A stretch of DNA of 63,368 nt from Candidatus Thorarchaeota archaeon (GTDB taxonomy: Archaea; Asgardarchaeota; Thorarchaeia; Thorarchaeales; Thorarchaeaceae). A model generated the notes under the pieces. The model did no database searches. It had not been told where the DNA came from and was given only the letters and a program-made list of their open reading frames with translations. Within the stretch, counting starts at the first letter, position 1. Every line of letters starts with the position of its first letter. This document shows, piece by piece, positions 28,981 through 38,742 of the stretch. The position numbers were made by a program, and so were the translations under genes. Location of the stretch: contig JBHLQM010000007.1 in the NCBI GenBank assembly GCA_048884785.1, positions 9,567-72,934 of the forward strand, read 5' to 3'.

Positions 28981-29832
28981 ATGGGAGTGGGAGATATATT
29001 GTCACCAGATAAGAATTCCAAATCATATCTGAATGAGCTTGATGGAAAAGAGTGGGTCAAGGCAACAAAATCCTGGTTTGTGATAAATCCGCGGCCTCGT
29101 TCGAAGAACGAACTGAATCACCCTGCAAAATATCCCGAAGAGCTAGTGCAGCGATTTGTAAAATTCTTCACTATGGAGAATGATTGGGTTCTAGATCCAT
29201 TTGCAGGAGTCGGGAGTACTCTTGTCGCATGCAAGCAAATGAATAGGAATGCTGTAGGTATTGAATTAAATCCTGATTTTGTGAGGTTGGGACAGAAAGC
29301 AATCCTGAGTACCGATGGAAAAGGGATATGTCATTTCCTTATTGGAGACGCTCTGCTGACTAAGCAAAGCATTGAAGCAGAGTTCGAAGATGGAATCCCT
29401 CAATTCAAATTTGTTATGACATCGCCACCATATTGGAACATGTTACGGAAATCCCGTGGAGGAAACGAAACTGTTCAGAAGGAACGTGAAGAGGAAGGTT
29501 TGCCTATCTACTATAGTGACCTGGAATTGGATGTTGGAAATATACAGGAGTACCAAGAATATCTTGAAAGAATTGGTGAGATATTCTACAAGCTTCGGGA
29601 TTTGCTTATAGACGGAGCATATATTGTGGTAGTCGCCCAAAACATGAGAGATGTAGATGGTATAATGAAACCAATTGCATGGGATCTGGCTCAGCGCTTA
29701 TCACAGGACTATGCACTCCGTCAGGAAATGATTTGGTGCCAAGATAACAAAAGGCTTGGATGTTGGGGGTATCCAACGACTTACGTTTCTAATGTTCATC
29801 ATCACTACTGTCTGGTTCTGCAAAAAAACTGA
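28981..29832 (+). CDS. Orphan amino-DNA methyltransferase (N4C/N6A), permuted motif order
   Basis: HPAKYP, then motif I DPFAGVGST, then motif IV TSPPYW. Confidence 0.85.
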   Translation: MGVGDILSPDKNSKSYLNELDGKEWVKATKSWFVINPRPRSKNELNHPAKYPEELVQRFVKFFTMENDWVLDPFAGVGSTLVACKQMNRNAVGIELNPDFVRLGQKAILSTDGKGICHFLIGDALLTKQSIEAEFEDGIPQFKFVMTSPPYWNMLRKSRGGNETVQKEREEEGLPIYYSDLELDVGNIQEYQEYLERIGEIFYKLRDLLIDGAYIVVVAQNMRDVDGIMKPIAWDLAQRLSQDYALRQEMIWCQDNKRLGCWGYPTTYVSNVHHHYCLVLQKN

Positions 29833-29865
29833 GTGAAGACATATTCTTCATAAGCACTCGAAGAG

Positions 29866-30750
29866 TTGGGCAAAATCATGCTGGTGAATGTTAGAGCACT
29901 TCATGCAGAAGATAACGAGCAAGTTAGAAGGGTTTCAAATAGTGTGTGGGAGGATGACTATATTGCGAACAATTTTCTATCCTGGATTGATGATCCTAGT
30001 TGGCACTTCGTTGGAGTATTCGAGGATGATGACTTAGTATCCTTTACGGCCCTTCAGGAAGTTCCTGGTGCAATATTTGGTTGGATCAAGGGCCTTCGAA
30101 CTGACATAGACCGACAAAGGAAGGGGTATGGGTCACTTGCAGTTAGGCGCGCATTGGAGATTGCGAAAGGCATTGGACTTCATGAAATAAGGTATGTAAC
30201 AGGTTCGAGGAATGAAGCATCTCTTCAACTGGCGTTGAAGCTCGGATTCGAGGTATTTGAAAAAGTGATGTCATTCAGACTAACAAAACCTTTTCCTCCA
30301 AGGCCAAAACCAAGTCCCTCAATTGTTCCATTGAATGCAGATGCAGCAAGAGTCTATGAAGCAGTTCAGCGTTTTCCAGACCTTATGGGAACCCAGACGA
30401 TACCATTCCCATACGAGTTTGAAGAGAAGACTCGTGAGGGATTTGAAAGAGTTGGTAGAAAGGTAGATTTCAAACTCATCATTAGTGACAGTGGTGAAGC
30501 CTTGAGTCTATTCTATATTCGAGATTTTGAGAACGATGGAACAGTGAACAGAAGAGCAACTCTTTTTGCTCGCGATAGAAGCGCGTTTGTTGATACTATC
30601 TCGAGAATTATTGAAGATACTGAAAGGGATGGAATAGAGAGTCTTGGATTCTTGCTTGGTCCCAACGCTTCCGACTGGGTATCATCAATGATGCTGCTGT
30701 CCGAGGAGTATATGAATCGGAGTCTCATCCTTCTGACTCTAAAACTATAA
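29866..30750 (+). CDS. GNAT family N-acetyltransferase
   Basis: LRTDIDRQRKGYG acetyl-CoA motif; NEASLQLALKLGF. Confidence 0.85.
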   Translation: MGKIMLVNVRALHAEDNEQVRRVSNSVWEDDYIANNFLSWIDDPSWHFVGVFEDDDLVSFTALQEVPGAIFGWIKGLRTDIDRQRKGYGSLAVRRALEIAKGIGLHEIRYVTGSRNEASLQLALKLGFEVFEKVMSFRLTKPFPPRPKPSPSIVPLNADAARVYEAVQRFPDLMGTQTIPFPYEFEEKTREGFERVGRKVDFKLIISDSGEALSLFYIRDFENDGTVNRRATLFARDRSAFVDTISRIIEDTERDGIESLGFLLGPNASDWVSSMMLLSEEYMNRSLILLTLKL

Positions 30751-30790
30751 CTCCCTTCAGAAAGAGTAATTAAGCCCCAAATATGTCTTA

Positions 30791-31144
30791 GTGAATTCAG
30801 TGATAACAATGGGCGAGAGTGGAATACCAAAAGAAGTAACCTATGCGAGCTACATAATCCTGCTAGATATCTTCACAGGAATTATTGTTAGTGCAATAAT
30901 GTATTACCTCTATGAGGATTGGACTGCAGGTGTTGGGCTCATAATAGCCATTGTGGGAGTCTGGGTATTTCTGGAGATCAAGAAAATGAATCCAACGGCA
31001 TGGCAGTTGGGTATAATACTGAATCTCGCAGGACTAGCCCTTTACTTGTTGGGAAACATTATGGTGGGACTTTCAGGTGCTCTACTGTGTTTGATATCAG
31101 TGATTTACCTGTACTCACCAGCTGTTAGACAACACTTCCAATAG
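30791..31144 (+). CDS. Small 4-TM membrane protein
   Basis: Four hydrophobic helices, ends YLYSPAVRQHF. Confidence 0.7.
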   Translation: MNSVITMGESGIPKEVTYASYIILLDIFTGIIVSAIMYYLYEDWTAGVGLIIAIVGVWVFLEIKKMNPTAWQLGIILNLAGLALYLLGNIMVGLSGALLCLISVIYLYSPAVRQHFQ

Positions 31145-31155
31145 GTCCAGTACAT

Positions 31156-31183
31156 CTCGGGTGACATACTAATGGCACCCGAG
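31156..31183. terminator. Hairpin between convergent genes
   Basis: CTCGGGTG/CACCCGAG 8-bp stem with inner CAT/ATG pairing, followed by a T-rich stretch. Confidence 0.5.
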
Positions 31184-31192
31184 TCATTTCTT

Positions 31193-31705
31193 TCAGTCTG
31201 GCTCATCCAGACCTAGAGCTGCATCTGTTTCTTCTTCAAAATCATAGAGCACTGACCATTGTGGTGAATAATAGATTGGTTCGTGGTCACGTTCCTCCAA
31301 CTGGAGTCCCTCTGTGTTAGCAATAGCCTTTCGTACTGTAAATGATTTGGCTCCATCCCAACGCAAGTACGCATTCAAATCAAATGAAAAATTGCCCTGA
31401 AACACACCACACGGTCCTCCACAGAATATCTGCTCCCCTCGAATCTCAAGAACACCACCACAGTATTTGCAGATTGCGTCACGACCGTGTGCATAGATTC
31501 GACCATCTATTATCTGAACAAAGAGAACCGTATCATCCCCTTCAAAGACACCCCATACCTCGCCACCATGAATGACCTTCCGCCATAGTTTAGCAGGAGG
31601 TCGCCTATCTGACTTGATTTTTGGAGGTTTAGAATGGTTAACCTTCTTATCACTTGGGGAAGCATTTTCAAAGTCAGTTAGTCGGGTCTGAACAGTCTTT
31701 TTCAC
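31193..31705 (-). CDS. Hypothetical protein with zinc ribbon
   Basis: CKYCGG...FCGGPCG; N-terminal QTRLTDF. Confidence 0.65.
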   Translation of the reverse strand: MKKTVQTRLTDFENASPSDKKVNHSKPPKIKSDRRPPAKLWRKVIHGGEVWGVFEGDDTVLFVQIIDGRIYAHGRDAICKYCGGVLEIRGEQIFCGGPCGVFQGNFSFDLNAYLRWDGAKSFTVRKAIANTEGLQLEERDHEPIYYSPQWSVLYDFEEETDAALGLDEPD

Positions 31706-31794
31706 ATATCCTTGTGAACTATGACCCTAAATAAACACCAAGAAATACGTACATATCTAGATTCAATACTCGATATAGAGGATGTTCGCTATTG

Positions 31795-32628
31795 CTAAAC
31801 ACCTGTGCCATAAACCACTTTGACATAGAGATTGTCAATGGCTTGGCGAGTCAAGTCAAATTCCTTCTCCGCTCGCACAAGAAAATCACTCCACATGTTC
31901 ACTAGGGCAGCGGCGCGTCTTCGAGAATCGGCTTCAGATATTTCAGTCACAATCATCGCTTCTCTAATGTTATCCTCAAAACCATCAGGTAGCCAATCGA
32001 GCATCCTAGTATAGAAATACCGCCATTTGGGTGCAGGGAGAAAGGAACGATTCAAAGAATACACGAGTTCGAGAAGCATATCGATCCCATAGTTTACAGA
32101 GTACTCTGCTGAAATCAAATCGTCACGGTCAATCCAAAGATCAATCATGGTAGGAGCGTATTCCTCAGTACCTGAACAATACCATGTGAAATAGATCATA
32201 TTCTTGGCAATTCGTACCTTCCATGTATCTTCATCCATATACAGTATTTGTTTCAATGCTGCTGCGACATTTCCTGTTCTATCAAAAGCCAATTCAGAGT
32301 GTAAGAAATCCCATCTCTGATATTCATCCCAATCCCGTTTTCTGAAATCATCTATCAAGTATACCTCTACATCCATCTCGACATGCGACCTGTCTTCCAG
32401 AGTAGCTGAAATAGAGGGGAGAAAATCTTTAGTAAATGGATCTTCATTGTTCATCAATACGATAATATCAACATCTGAGTATTTGTCAGCGAATCCCCTT
32501 GCCAATCCGCCAATATACAGAATACCCTCAACCGAAGTGAAGTGAGAAACCCTCTCATTAAACTCTTTGGCAATCATTCTGAAAGTATCTATCTTGTTTT
32601 CTCCTCTCATCCCAAACATTGCTTCCAA
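31795..32628 (-). CDS. Pol-beta-type nucleotidyltransferase domain protein (DUF4037-like C-terminus)
   Basis: GGLARGFADKYSDVD motif; LNRSFLPAPKW. Confidence 0.8.
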   Translation of the reverse strand: MEAMFGMRGENKIDTFRMIAKEFNERVSHFTSVEGILYIGGLARGFADKYSDVDIIVLMNNEDPFTKDFLPSISATLEDRSHVEMDVEVYLIDDFRKRDWDEYQRWDFLHSELAFDRTGNVAAALKQILYMDEDTWKVRIAKNMIYFTWYCSGTEEYAPTMIDLWIDRDDLISAEYSVNYGIDMLLELVYSLNRSFLPAPKWRYFYTRMLDWLPDGFEDNIREAMIVTEISEADSRRRAAALVNMWSDFLVRAEKEFDLTRQAIDNLYVKVVYGTGV

Positions 32629-32633
32629 TTCTC

Positions 32634-32972
32634 CTACAGAGCAGCATGGATATTTTCTAATCTCTCCCTGGCGGAATCCCCAGCTTGCATCAACCAGGTA
32701 GAGAGTGTATTGCAGATATAGTCTTTACAGTGCGCGCATGTTTCAACTCCCTTCTGACTGGCACACGCACGAACTATACATTGACTGGACCAGCGAAAAT
32801 GAATACCATTCTCAACCTTGCACCCCTCGCAATTGATATCTTCTATACTGACAGGGTATTGAGGTGAGTCCCATTTCTTCTGTGTCTCTACTCTGAGCTT
32901 GTTGTCATTATTTATCCTCGCAACAAACGCTGGACATTCCTCACAATCTAAACCACAATATGCCATTTCCAT
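32634..32972 (-). CDS. DUF3795-like Cys-rich protein
   Basis: YCGLDCEEC, CEGC, CIVRAC...CAHC..YIC. Confidence 0.8.
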   Translation of the reverse strand: MEMAYCGLDCEECPAFVARINNDNKLRVETQKKWDSPQYPVSIEDINCEGCKVENGIHFRWSSQCIVRACASQKGVETCAHCKDYICNTLSTWLMQAGDSARERLENIHAAL

Positions 32973-33093
32973 TTTTCGTCATATTGGAAAAAGAAGCATT
33001 GCGATTGTTGCAGTACTCATATTCTTGAAATATGGATCAATTTTGACTTGTAGGGGGAAAAAAAAGACCCTGTAATTATGCATCTATCTGTTC

Positions 33094-34056
33094 TTAGATA
33101 GATAGATCTGCTACCAATTCCAGTAAATAATTCTCAAGATCCTTATGCTTCGCAGTTTCAACAAATGGAGTCTTAGAAAATTCACCTCGAACCTCGCCTA
33201 TCATGAATCCAGTTTCTCCTTTTTTAATGCAATCAATCGCAAATGCACCCAATTTTGTTGCTAGTATTCTATCCTGACGAGATGGATTCCCGCCCCGCTG
33301 TATATAACCCAATACCGAAACTCTGCATTCTTCACCAACCATCATAGATAGCTTCTTGCTTATTTCCACAGCATTTCCTTCTTCATCACCCTCGGCAACA
33401 ATGATGAATGCAAAGTTCTTTCCTCTTTTCCTTCCAGCTGCAATGTCCTCTGCTATTGCATTCAAATCTGTTGGAGTTTCAGGAATTACTATTGCCTCTG
33501 CGCCGCAAGAAATCCCAACATCTAGAGCAATAGCACCTGAATGTCGACCCATCACCTCGATTAGAAAGAACCTATCAAAGGATTGTGCCGTATCACGGAT
33601 TTTGTCCACCGCATCTATTGCATTGTTGACAGCTGTATCAAAGCCAATACTGTAATCTGTGCCATAGACATCATTGTCAATCGTACCAGGCAACCCGATT
33701 ATCAGCCCTTTCCAAACCTGCTGGAGTGCTTCCATAGCTTGCATTGTACCATTTCCACCTATCGCGACCAGCGCACCAAAATCCTCTTCTTCCAGTATTC
33801 TAGCAGCCTTCCTCTGACCTTCCTCTGTTCTGAACTCCTTTGACCTGCCTGTTGTTAGAATGGTACCGCCTCTATGGATAATATTTGCCACAGACCTGGC
33901 CTCCATTCTCGTAAAACGCTTTTCTAAAAGGCCCTGCAATCCGCCAGTTATTCCAATGATTTCAAAGCCCCTGGAAATGCCAACCCTTACAAGAGCACGT
34001 ATACAAGCATTCATGCCAGGGCTGTCTCCGCCGCTGGTGAGGATTCCAACTTTCAT
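33094..34056 (-). CDS. pfkA: ATP-dependent 6-phosphofructokinase (PfkA family)
   Basis: TSGGDSPGMNA, GGTIL, GGNGT, PGTIDND, EVMGR, LGYIQRGG; start MKVGI at 34056. Confidence 0.93.
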   Translation of the reverse strand: MKVGILTSGGDSPGMNACIRALVRVGISRGFEIIGITGGLQGLLEKRFTRMEARSVANIIHRGGTILTTGRSKEFRTEEGQRKAARILEEEDFGALVAIGGNGTMQAMEALQQVWKGLIIGLPGTIDNDVYGTDYSIGFDTAVNNAIDAVDKIRDTAQSFDRFFLIEVMGRHSGAIALDVGISCGAEAIVIPETPTDLNAIAEDIAAGRKRGKNFAFIIVAEGDEEGNAVEISKKLSMMVGEECRVSVLGYIQRGGNPSRQDRILATKLGAFAIDCIKKGETGFMIGEVRGEFSKTPFVETAKHKDLENYLLELVADLSI

Positions 34057-34146
34057 ATTAAGGGCATATTTCTTCATAACAAATAAGCTATGCGGCTGAA
34101 TATCCGCAATACAGTTTCTCAATGAAACAAATGTTCGATCGGTGCA

Positions 34147-34662
34147 TCAAGCTCTCGAAGCAAAGTAATGAAGATAATCTGTACCAGGAACATCATAGCC
34201 AAGCTCTCTGAGGAGTAATGCAAGTTGACCGCGATGATGATTTGCATGCAGAACATACTGAAGAATGAAGTCCATAATGTCAAGCTCAATAGGATTTTCA
34301 GATATGTGCCGGACCAAAACCTTGCCTTGAGGTATGTGCTGAAGCACTCTACTCAGGCGTTCATCATAGTCGTTCCACATTGAAAGAAGCTCAACTCTTT
34401 CTGAATTCAATATTGATTCGTATATCCCTTCATCAGAGGATTCATCCAAGATCCTGAAGCATGTTGCGAGAGCGGCTGTAATATGAGTAGATATCTCTCT
34501 AACATTCCTGCCTGCAATGTTAGTTTCATAGTCAGGCATCCTCATTTCAAGAACAATACTCCGTATTCTTTGATTTGCCCAGTAATGATACATTGCCAAG
34601 TTTTTGAATACCACTTGGTACCACCGGAAGCTAAAGCCACAATGGATATTATTACTCTTCAT
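34147..34662 (-). CDS. DinB family protein
   Basis: YHYWANQR, ISTH, HANHHRGQ...PGTDY; the true start may be a downstream GTG. Confidence 0.85.
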   Translation of the reverse strand: MKSNNIHCGFSFRWYQVVFKNLAMYHYWANQRIRSIVLEMRMPDYETNIAGRNVREISTHITAALATCFRILDESSDEGIYESILNSERVELLSMWNDYDERLSRVLQHIPQGKVLVRHISENPIELDIMDFILQYVLHANHHRGQLALLLRELGYDVPGTDYLHYFASRA

Positions 34663-34668
34663 ATTACA

Positions 34669-35622
34669 TTAGATGAGACCGCGCAACCTAAGGTAGACAT
34701 AGAATGGAATTGTCAGGACCATACTGGCAAGAAGGACAATCAGAAAGGCAGTGGGCTCATTCATAAACGGCAAGCCAACATTCATGCCATAAATAGATGC
34801 AATTAGTGTTGGAACACTTACTAAAAGAGATACAGCGGTGAGAGTCTTCATTACAGTGTTAAGATTGTGACCAACAATACTGTCGTAGATCTCCATTGCA
34901 TTCTCAATGAGCTCTCTATATATCATACTCAGTTCAATTTGCTGTTGGAGGTCAACTTCAAGTTCCTCAAGACGATCCTCATCAAGTATCATCCTGCCAA
35001 ACCTATGATGACGCTTCATTGCACGGAGGACACGCATGTTCCCTTTTAGTGCAGCATCTACATAGATAGAATCTCGTGAAAGCTGAAAGAATTTGTCCAT
35101 GTGGGAAGGGTAGAGGTCTCGCTGAATATCCTGCTCAGTATTCTTGATAGTTGCCTCAATAATGTCCAGGACAGTTTCGAATGAGTGGATAACAATTTCC
35201 CACTGATTGTAGATTATCTCACTCGCTGCCGTACTCCTCTTAATCACTGTCCTCAGTCTTTTCCTTCGAAGGGGGACGACCTCATGCTGCATCACAATAA
35301 TATCTCGACCATTTGTGAAAATGCCTATAGGCGCAGTCGAATATGCTCTATCGGTACAATTGAGATCCACTGGAACCCTAAGAACAATCATTGTGAACTT
35401 ATCTTCAATTTGTATGCGAGGTCTCTCATCCATGTCAAGCATATCTTGCAGGTCTTCGAGATCCACTTCGAACTTACTTGAGAGGGGTCCAAAGTACTCT
35501 GGTTGAATTCCAATCATTTCTATCAGCAGAGGTTCATCGGGTGCACTCTCTAGGTCAGGATATTTTATTCCGCTTTCTAGTGCCATAATCGTGAAATTGT
35601 ACTCTTTGGACTCGCCACTCAT
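34669..35622 (-). CDS. corA: CorA family Mg2+ transporter
   Basis: DERPRI; LNTVMKTLT...PTLIASIYGMN signature; two C-terminal TMs. Confidence 0.92.
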   Translation of the reverse strand: MSGESKEYNFTIMALESGIKYPDLESAPDEPLLIEMIGIQPEYFGPLSSKFEVDLEDLQDMLDMDERPRIQIEDKFTMIVLRVPVDLNCTDRAYSTAPIGIFTNGRDIIVMQHEVVPLRRKRLRTVIKRSTAASEIIYNQWEIVIHSFETVLDIIEATIKNTEQDIQRDLYPSHMDKFFQLSRDSIYVDAALKGNMRVLRAMKRHHRFGRMILDEDRLEELEVDLQQQIELSMIYRELIENAMEIYDSIVGHNLNTVMKTLTAVSLLVSVPTLIASIYGMNVGLPFMNEPTAFLIVLLASMVLTIPFYVYLRLRGLI

Positions 35623-35768
35623 TTCTTTTCACCTCTTGACAAGTTCTACATAGCTGATAGCAATCAGGTATTTGGTTTGGAATATTACACTAGGTTTCCG
35701 CGCAAGGTAAGACTCCGAATTTAATCAGGATATAATCCTAACCGACCTGGGGTACTGATATCAGTAAC

Positions 35769-37085
35769 TCAGATTACCACGCTTTCAATTTCCACTTTTC
35801 GGTTCTTGATGCTGAGTGTGTCAGAGTCTATCTTTTTGCCCCCGAAGAGCTCTGCCTCCGGCAAACCTCGATATAATGCATCTGCTATTCGTCCCATTGC
35901 ATCTGCTTTCATTATTCCAGAGCCGCTTGCGCCATTTGCCACTAGCACGCCATTTTCATAATACACAAACGGAATCGCATCCGGAGAATAACAATAGCCT
36001 CCGGCCCAGCTATTCACAGGTCGAGTCGAAGCAAAGGCAGGAAAATATTTGGAAAGCACTGGAAATACACTGTTTTCGTAGTAGGCGCTCTCTGGAACCA
36101 TATCCTCATCTGTTTGGATATACTTGTATGCCCGACCCAGTTTGTCCCCGCACCCAATCCAGAAACCCTTCTCTTGCATTTGAGGCCTGAAGTAAACGCC
36201 AGCGCTGGGCAAAATGATGAATGGGCACATTCCAAGATCGTTGAATCCCTTTGTATTCAATAGTCCTTCTAGTTCTTTGTTGTCATTTCCATGAACAACA
36301 TAGATGTGCCTTTTCTTTCCCTTTGTTCTGCTGTCCATTCCAATCGGATCAAGTAGCTCGTTTGCCCATGCGCCTGTGGCAAGTACAATGCACTTCGCGT
36401 GGAATTCTCCTTTGTCTGTCTTTACACCGACGACCTTCTTCTGCTGCCATGCAAATGGCTCACCAGGAAGGTCAAGCTTTGGGTCAGCCTCAAGGATGAG
36501 TTTTTCGACGTCTATACCGAAACGTGGCTTAACCTTACTCATTTTCTTGAATTCCTCAAAGTAGAATTCGACATATCGGGTTGGGTCTAAAACGCCACAA
36601 TCTGGCCCAAAAAGACCATAGTCAACTTCTTTGAGATGCATAAGTTCTGCTTCTTCATCCCCGTGAAAATCCACGTTGAGAGAAGGAATCAACTCTTTGA
36701 GTTCCTTTTTATTGTAGACCCTGTAATTGACCTCCGAAGCCTCCATTCTCTTCATCCAAAGTTGCACACTTTCACTGTTGAATTGAGATTCATTCAAAAG
36801 CCATAGATAGCCACACTTTTCAAAAAGCAGTTCGAAACCCAAGTCTTTTTGCACATGCTCGATGAATTTTATCGATGAGTCAGTCAAAAGCTGGTTTGTT
36901 GAAGAAGCAAACATATTCCTTACTGCGGCAGCACTCATTGCTGTATTTGCCTGTCCTGCTGCAAGGTATCTATCAACAAGCAGAATTGCTTTGTCAGGAT
37001 TGTTCTTCTGCAGATAGTATGCTGTTGCAACGCCGATAATACCAGCACCTACGACAATAATATCAAAGGTTTCGGAATCACTCAT
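35769..37085 (-). CDS. FAD-dependent oxidoreductase (DAO / sarcosine oxidase beta / proline dehydrogenase family)
   Basis: VVGAGIIG, LATGAW, WAGGY..SPD, SGSGIMKA. Confidence 0.88.
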   Translation of the reverse strand: MSDSETFDIIVVGAGIIGVATAYYLQKNNPDKAILLVDRYLAAGQANTAMSAAAVRNMFASSTNQLLTDSSIKFIEHVQKDLGFELLFEKCGYLWLLNESQFNSESVQLWMKRMEASEVNYRVYNKKELKELIPSLNVDFHGDEEAELMHLKEVDYGLFGPDCGVLDPTRYVEFYFEEFKKMSKVKPRFGIDVEKLILEADPKLDLPGEPFAWQQKKVVGVKTDKGEFHAKCIVLATGAWANELLDPIGMDSRTKGKKRHIYVVHGNDNKELEGLLNTKGFNDLGMCPFIILPSAGVYFRPQMQEKGFWIGCGDKLGRAYKYIQTDEDMVPESAYYENSVFPVLSKYFPAFASTRPVNSWAGGYCYSPDAIPFVYYENGVLVANGASGSGIMKADAMGRIADALYRGLPEAELFGGKKIDSDTLSIKNRKVEIESVVI

Positions 37086-37324
37086 CTACTGGTGCCTCCA
37101 AGCCGTTTCTGGCGTGTTTCACCTCGAACCTTTAACCCTTATGCTTTGAAGACTTCATAGAGATAGAATTGGAGATAAACCTGACCTTTGTGGAGAATGG
37201 ATTTTTGCTCTCACTGTATATTCCTTTTAGTCAAAGCAAATTGATTCTGGAGTCTGTTTGAAGGCACAAGATTATTCTTCTATGGCCTCTCCCAAATTAT
37301 TGCATAAGATGGAGCTAGAATATT

Positions 37325-38617
37325 ATGGATCTCTCATTTCAAGCCAAAAGAATTGTTCCTTCAGCAACCCTAGCAATTAATGAGCAAATTGCTAGTCTCC
37401 GAGAACGCGGAGAACAGGTCTATCATCTGGGTTTTGGTGAATCGCCGTTCCCGGTTCATCCACTTGTACGCAAGGCTTTATGCGATAACTCATGGCGACA
37501 CAGCTATCTTTCCACTCAAGGGATTCTTCAGCTTCGAGAACAGGTATCACAATTCTATAGGGACGTTTTTAATTTGCAGTATTCACCAGAACAAGTCATT
37601 ATTGGTCCTGGAAGCAAACCACTCATGTTTGCAGCGCTTACAGCACTTGATGGCCCTATACTCCTAACTGCACCATCGTGGGTTAGCTATCAGCACATGG
37701 GCCGCTTTCTTTCACGAGATGTGCATCATATTATGACTGACTCGAGCAACTCTTATAGATTGGACCCCGAACTTCTTGCTAATGCTGTTCAGGACCTGTC
37801 GCTAGGTCAAAATGAACAGAAGGTTCTCGTCCTGAACTATCCCTGTAATCCTACCGGGCATAGCTACACAGAGAACCAATTGAAGGGAATTGCAAAAGTA
37901 GCCCGGGAAAATAATATTGCTATATTATCAGACGAGATATATGCCCTCACACGTTTCACAGATCAAGAACATCATAGTATCTCCGAATACTATCCTGAAG
38001 GCACTCTTATTACGAGTGGGCTTTCTAAAGACCGGTCACTAGGAGGGTATCGTCTCGGAACATTACTAATCCCACAAGATGAAAAATCACTTCTCAGGAG
38101 TATCTTGGCTGTTGGAAGCGAGATATGGTCAAGTGTTTCCGCACCCATCCAATATGCCGGTATAGAGGCCTACAGAACAGACACTGGTATTATAGAATAC
38201 ATAAACAACTGCACGATGGTTCACGAACTTGTAACAAGGTATGTCTACAGAAGAATCAGCAAGGTGGGAATATCATGTCCTTATCCGCAAGGAGCTTTCT
38301 ATCTATTTCCAGACTGGAATGATTATAGAACTGAGCTTGCGAATAGGGGGATTGCTACTTCTGGAGAGCTGGCAAGAGTTCTGCTAGAAACCTACCATGT
38401 GGCAACTCTACCTGGAGCTGAATTTGGAATGCCTCCGGAGAATTTATCGTTGCGTCTTGCAACTGTTGACTACGAGGGAGAACAGGCATTAGAATCGTTC
38501 CTAAGTGATGAGGATTCAGCATTGGAGAATCCTGATAGATTTGTTGCAGAAATTGCACCCCGCATCGAGAATGCATGCAGCAAGCTTCAGGAGTTCACTA
38601 TGCATTTTTGCGTTTGA
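37325..38617 (+). CDS. PLP-dependent aminotransferase class I/II
   Basis: NYPCNPTG, SDEIY, SGLSKDRSLGGYRLG (PLP lysine), PQGAFY. Confidence 0.92.
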   Translation: MDLSFQAKRIVPSATLAINEQIASLRERGEQVYHLGFGESPFPVHPLVRKALCDNSWRHSYLSTQGILQLREQVSQFYRDVFNLQYSPEQVIIGPGSKPLMFAALTALDGPILLTAPSWVSYQHMGRFLSRDVHHIMTDSSNSYRLDPELLANAVQDLSLGQNEQKVLVLNYPCNPTGHSYTENQLKGIAKVARENNIAILSDEIYALTRFTDQEHHSISEYYPEGTLITSGLSKDRSLGGYRLGTLLIPQDEKSLLRSILAVGSEIWSSVSAPIQYAGIEAYRTDTGIIEYINNCTMVHELVTRYVYRRISKVGISCPYPQGAFYLFPDWNDYRTELANRGIATSGELARVLLETYHVATLPGAEFGMPPENLSLRLATVDYEGEQALESFLSDEDSALENPDRFVAEIAPRIENACSKLQEFTMHFCV

Positions 38618-38742
38618 ATTAGAACCAGTCACAATGCAGGCCCACTGGAAAATCGAATTCATTGGCAGATACAAGGAATCTAAAATATCAGCGAGCAGAA
38701 GACATATCAAGAATCATGTACAAGTGACCTGGGGGTTAGAGA

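Noticed and set aside
28981-30750. Restriction-modification system
   Set aside because: The neighbours are a phosphate transporter and a GNAT; no nuclease is adjacent.
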